From Vitrella brassicaformis CCMP3155 (taxonomy: Eukaryota; Protista; Chromerida), in NCBI GenBank assembly GCA_001179505.1, contig CDMY01000349.1:1-64000 (forward strand): a stretch of 64,000 nt of DNA, in the 5' to 3' direction. The first letter of the stretch is position 1. Every line of letters begins with the position of its first letter. The position numbers and the translations under genes were made by a program. Positions 63,640-64,000 of the stretch are shown here, in pieces. A model generated the notes under the pieces. It searched no databases, was not told the origin of the DNA, and saw only the letters and a program-made list of their open reading frames with translations.

Positions 63640-64000
63640 TTTATTAGCTATCAGTGAACGCTTTCAAGAACCGATATAGGATATTCAATCCACGCTCGTC
63701 CACACATTCACGCAGACATCCTCTGGCTACTTACTGCCTGGATCGGCTCCGCAGGGAGGTGCAGTAGCCAGAGAACAGCGATGAGGGCGACACGGCACGC
63801 CCATCCGACTGGGCCGACTCGTATGGCACATCAAGGTGGTAGAAGTTGTGCCCCGATATCCACTCGTCCATGTGACCTGCAGTGCATATCGAAGTAATAC
63901 AACAAACAGGTCATGACGCCTTACGAGCGGATGGGACTGGCACCCACCCACCCACCCACCCACCTGAAGCCACGGCGATCCCCCAAGACGCATCCAGGGG
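63640..64000 (-). CDS. Possible 3' fragment of a gene extending beyond the window
   Basis: Exon-like segment at ~63737-63878 flanked by ag/gtaagt, translating GHMDEWISGHNFYHLDVPYESAQSDGRAVSPSSLFSGYCTSLRSRSR. No family recognised. Confidence 0.35.

Noticed and set aside
1-64000. Prokaryotic systems (CRISPR arrays, operons, defence islands, IS elements)
   Set aside because: The sequence is intron-rich eukaryotic DNA. No spacer-separated direct repeats, transposase, integrase or reverse transcriptase motifs were seen.
1-64000. Most ORFs in the supplied track (CVCVCV, THTHTH, TDRQTD-rich)
   Set aside because: They are translations of intronic microsatellites or antisense frames of GC-rich exons, often with TTG/GTG/CTG starts.
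1-64000. tRNA, rRNA, snRNA or spliced-leader genes
   Set aside because: No recognisable cloverleaf, rRNA or snRNA signature by eye. Intronic snoRNAs cannot be excluded without an Infernal/Rfam search.

Overview
Eukaryotic nuclear DNA: GC-rich and gene-dense, with many short GT-AG introns full of (GT)n/(AC)n, (CAGA)n/(TCTG)n and (GATG)n microsatellites. Bipartite signal+transit plastid proteins, RAP/OPR-type proteins, a CRT-family transporter and the intron style point to a chromerid alga, most likely Vitrella brassicaformis (inference). About 20 multi-exon genes can be spliced by eye: divergent SET-domain protein, hypothetical protein, PTOX, CRT-like transporter, coiled-coil protein, MPBQ/MSBQ-type methyltransferase, coiled-coil protein, atypical split kinase, RAP protein, CCT8, secreted Met/His repeat protein, secreted Cys-rich protein, CBM20 protein, RlmI-like methyltransferase, DENN protein, triple H-type-lectin-like protein, 3-4 TM membrane protein resembling a giant-virus family, OPR-like protein, BTB-BACK-SPRY-like protein, and a possible partial gene at the right edge. 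CDS coordinates are genomic spans including introns, and exon boundaries were set manually. No rRNA, tRNA, CRISPR array or transposase was recognised. Most notable signals: introns with complementary AC-rich 5' and GT-rich 3' ends; a possible domesticated NCLDV-like gene; a ~150 bp diverged inverted repeat; an assembly gap bounded by an inverted repeat; and strict strand alternation over about 16 genes with very short divergent promoters.
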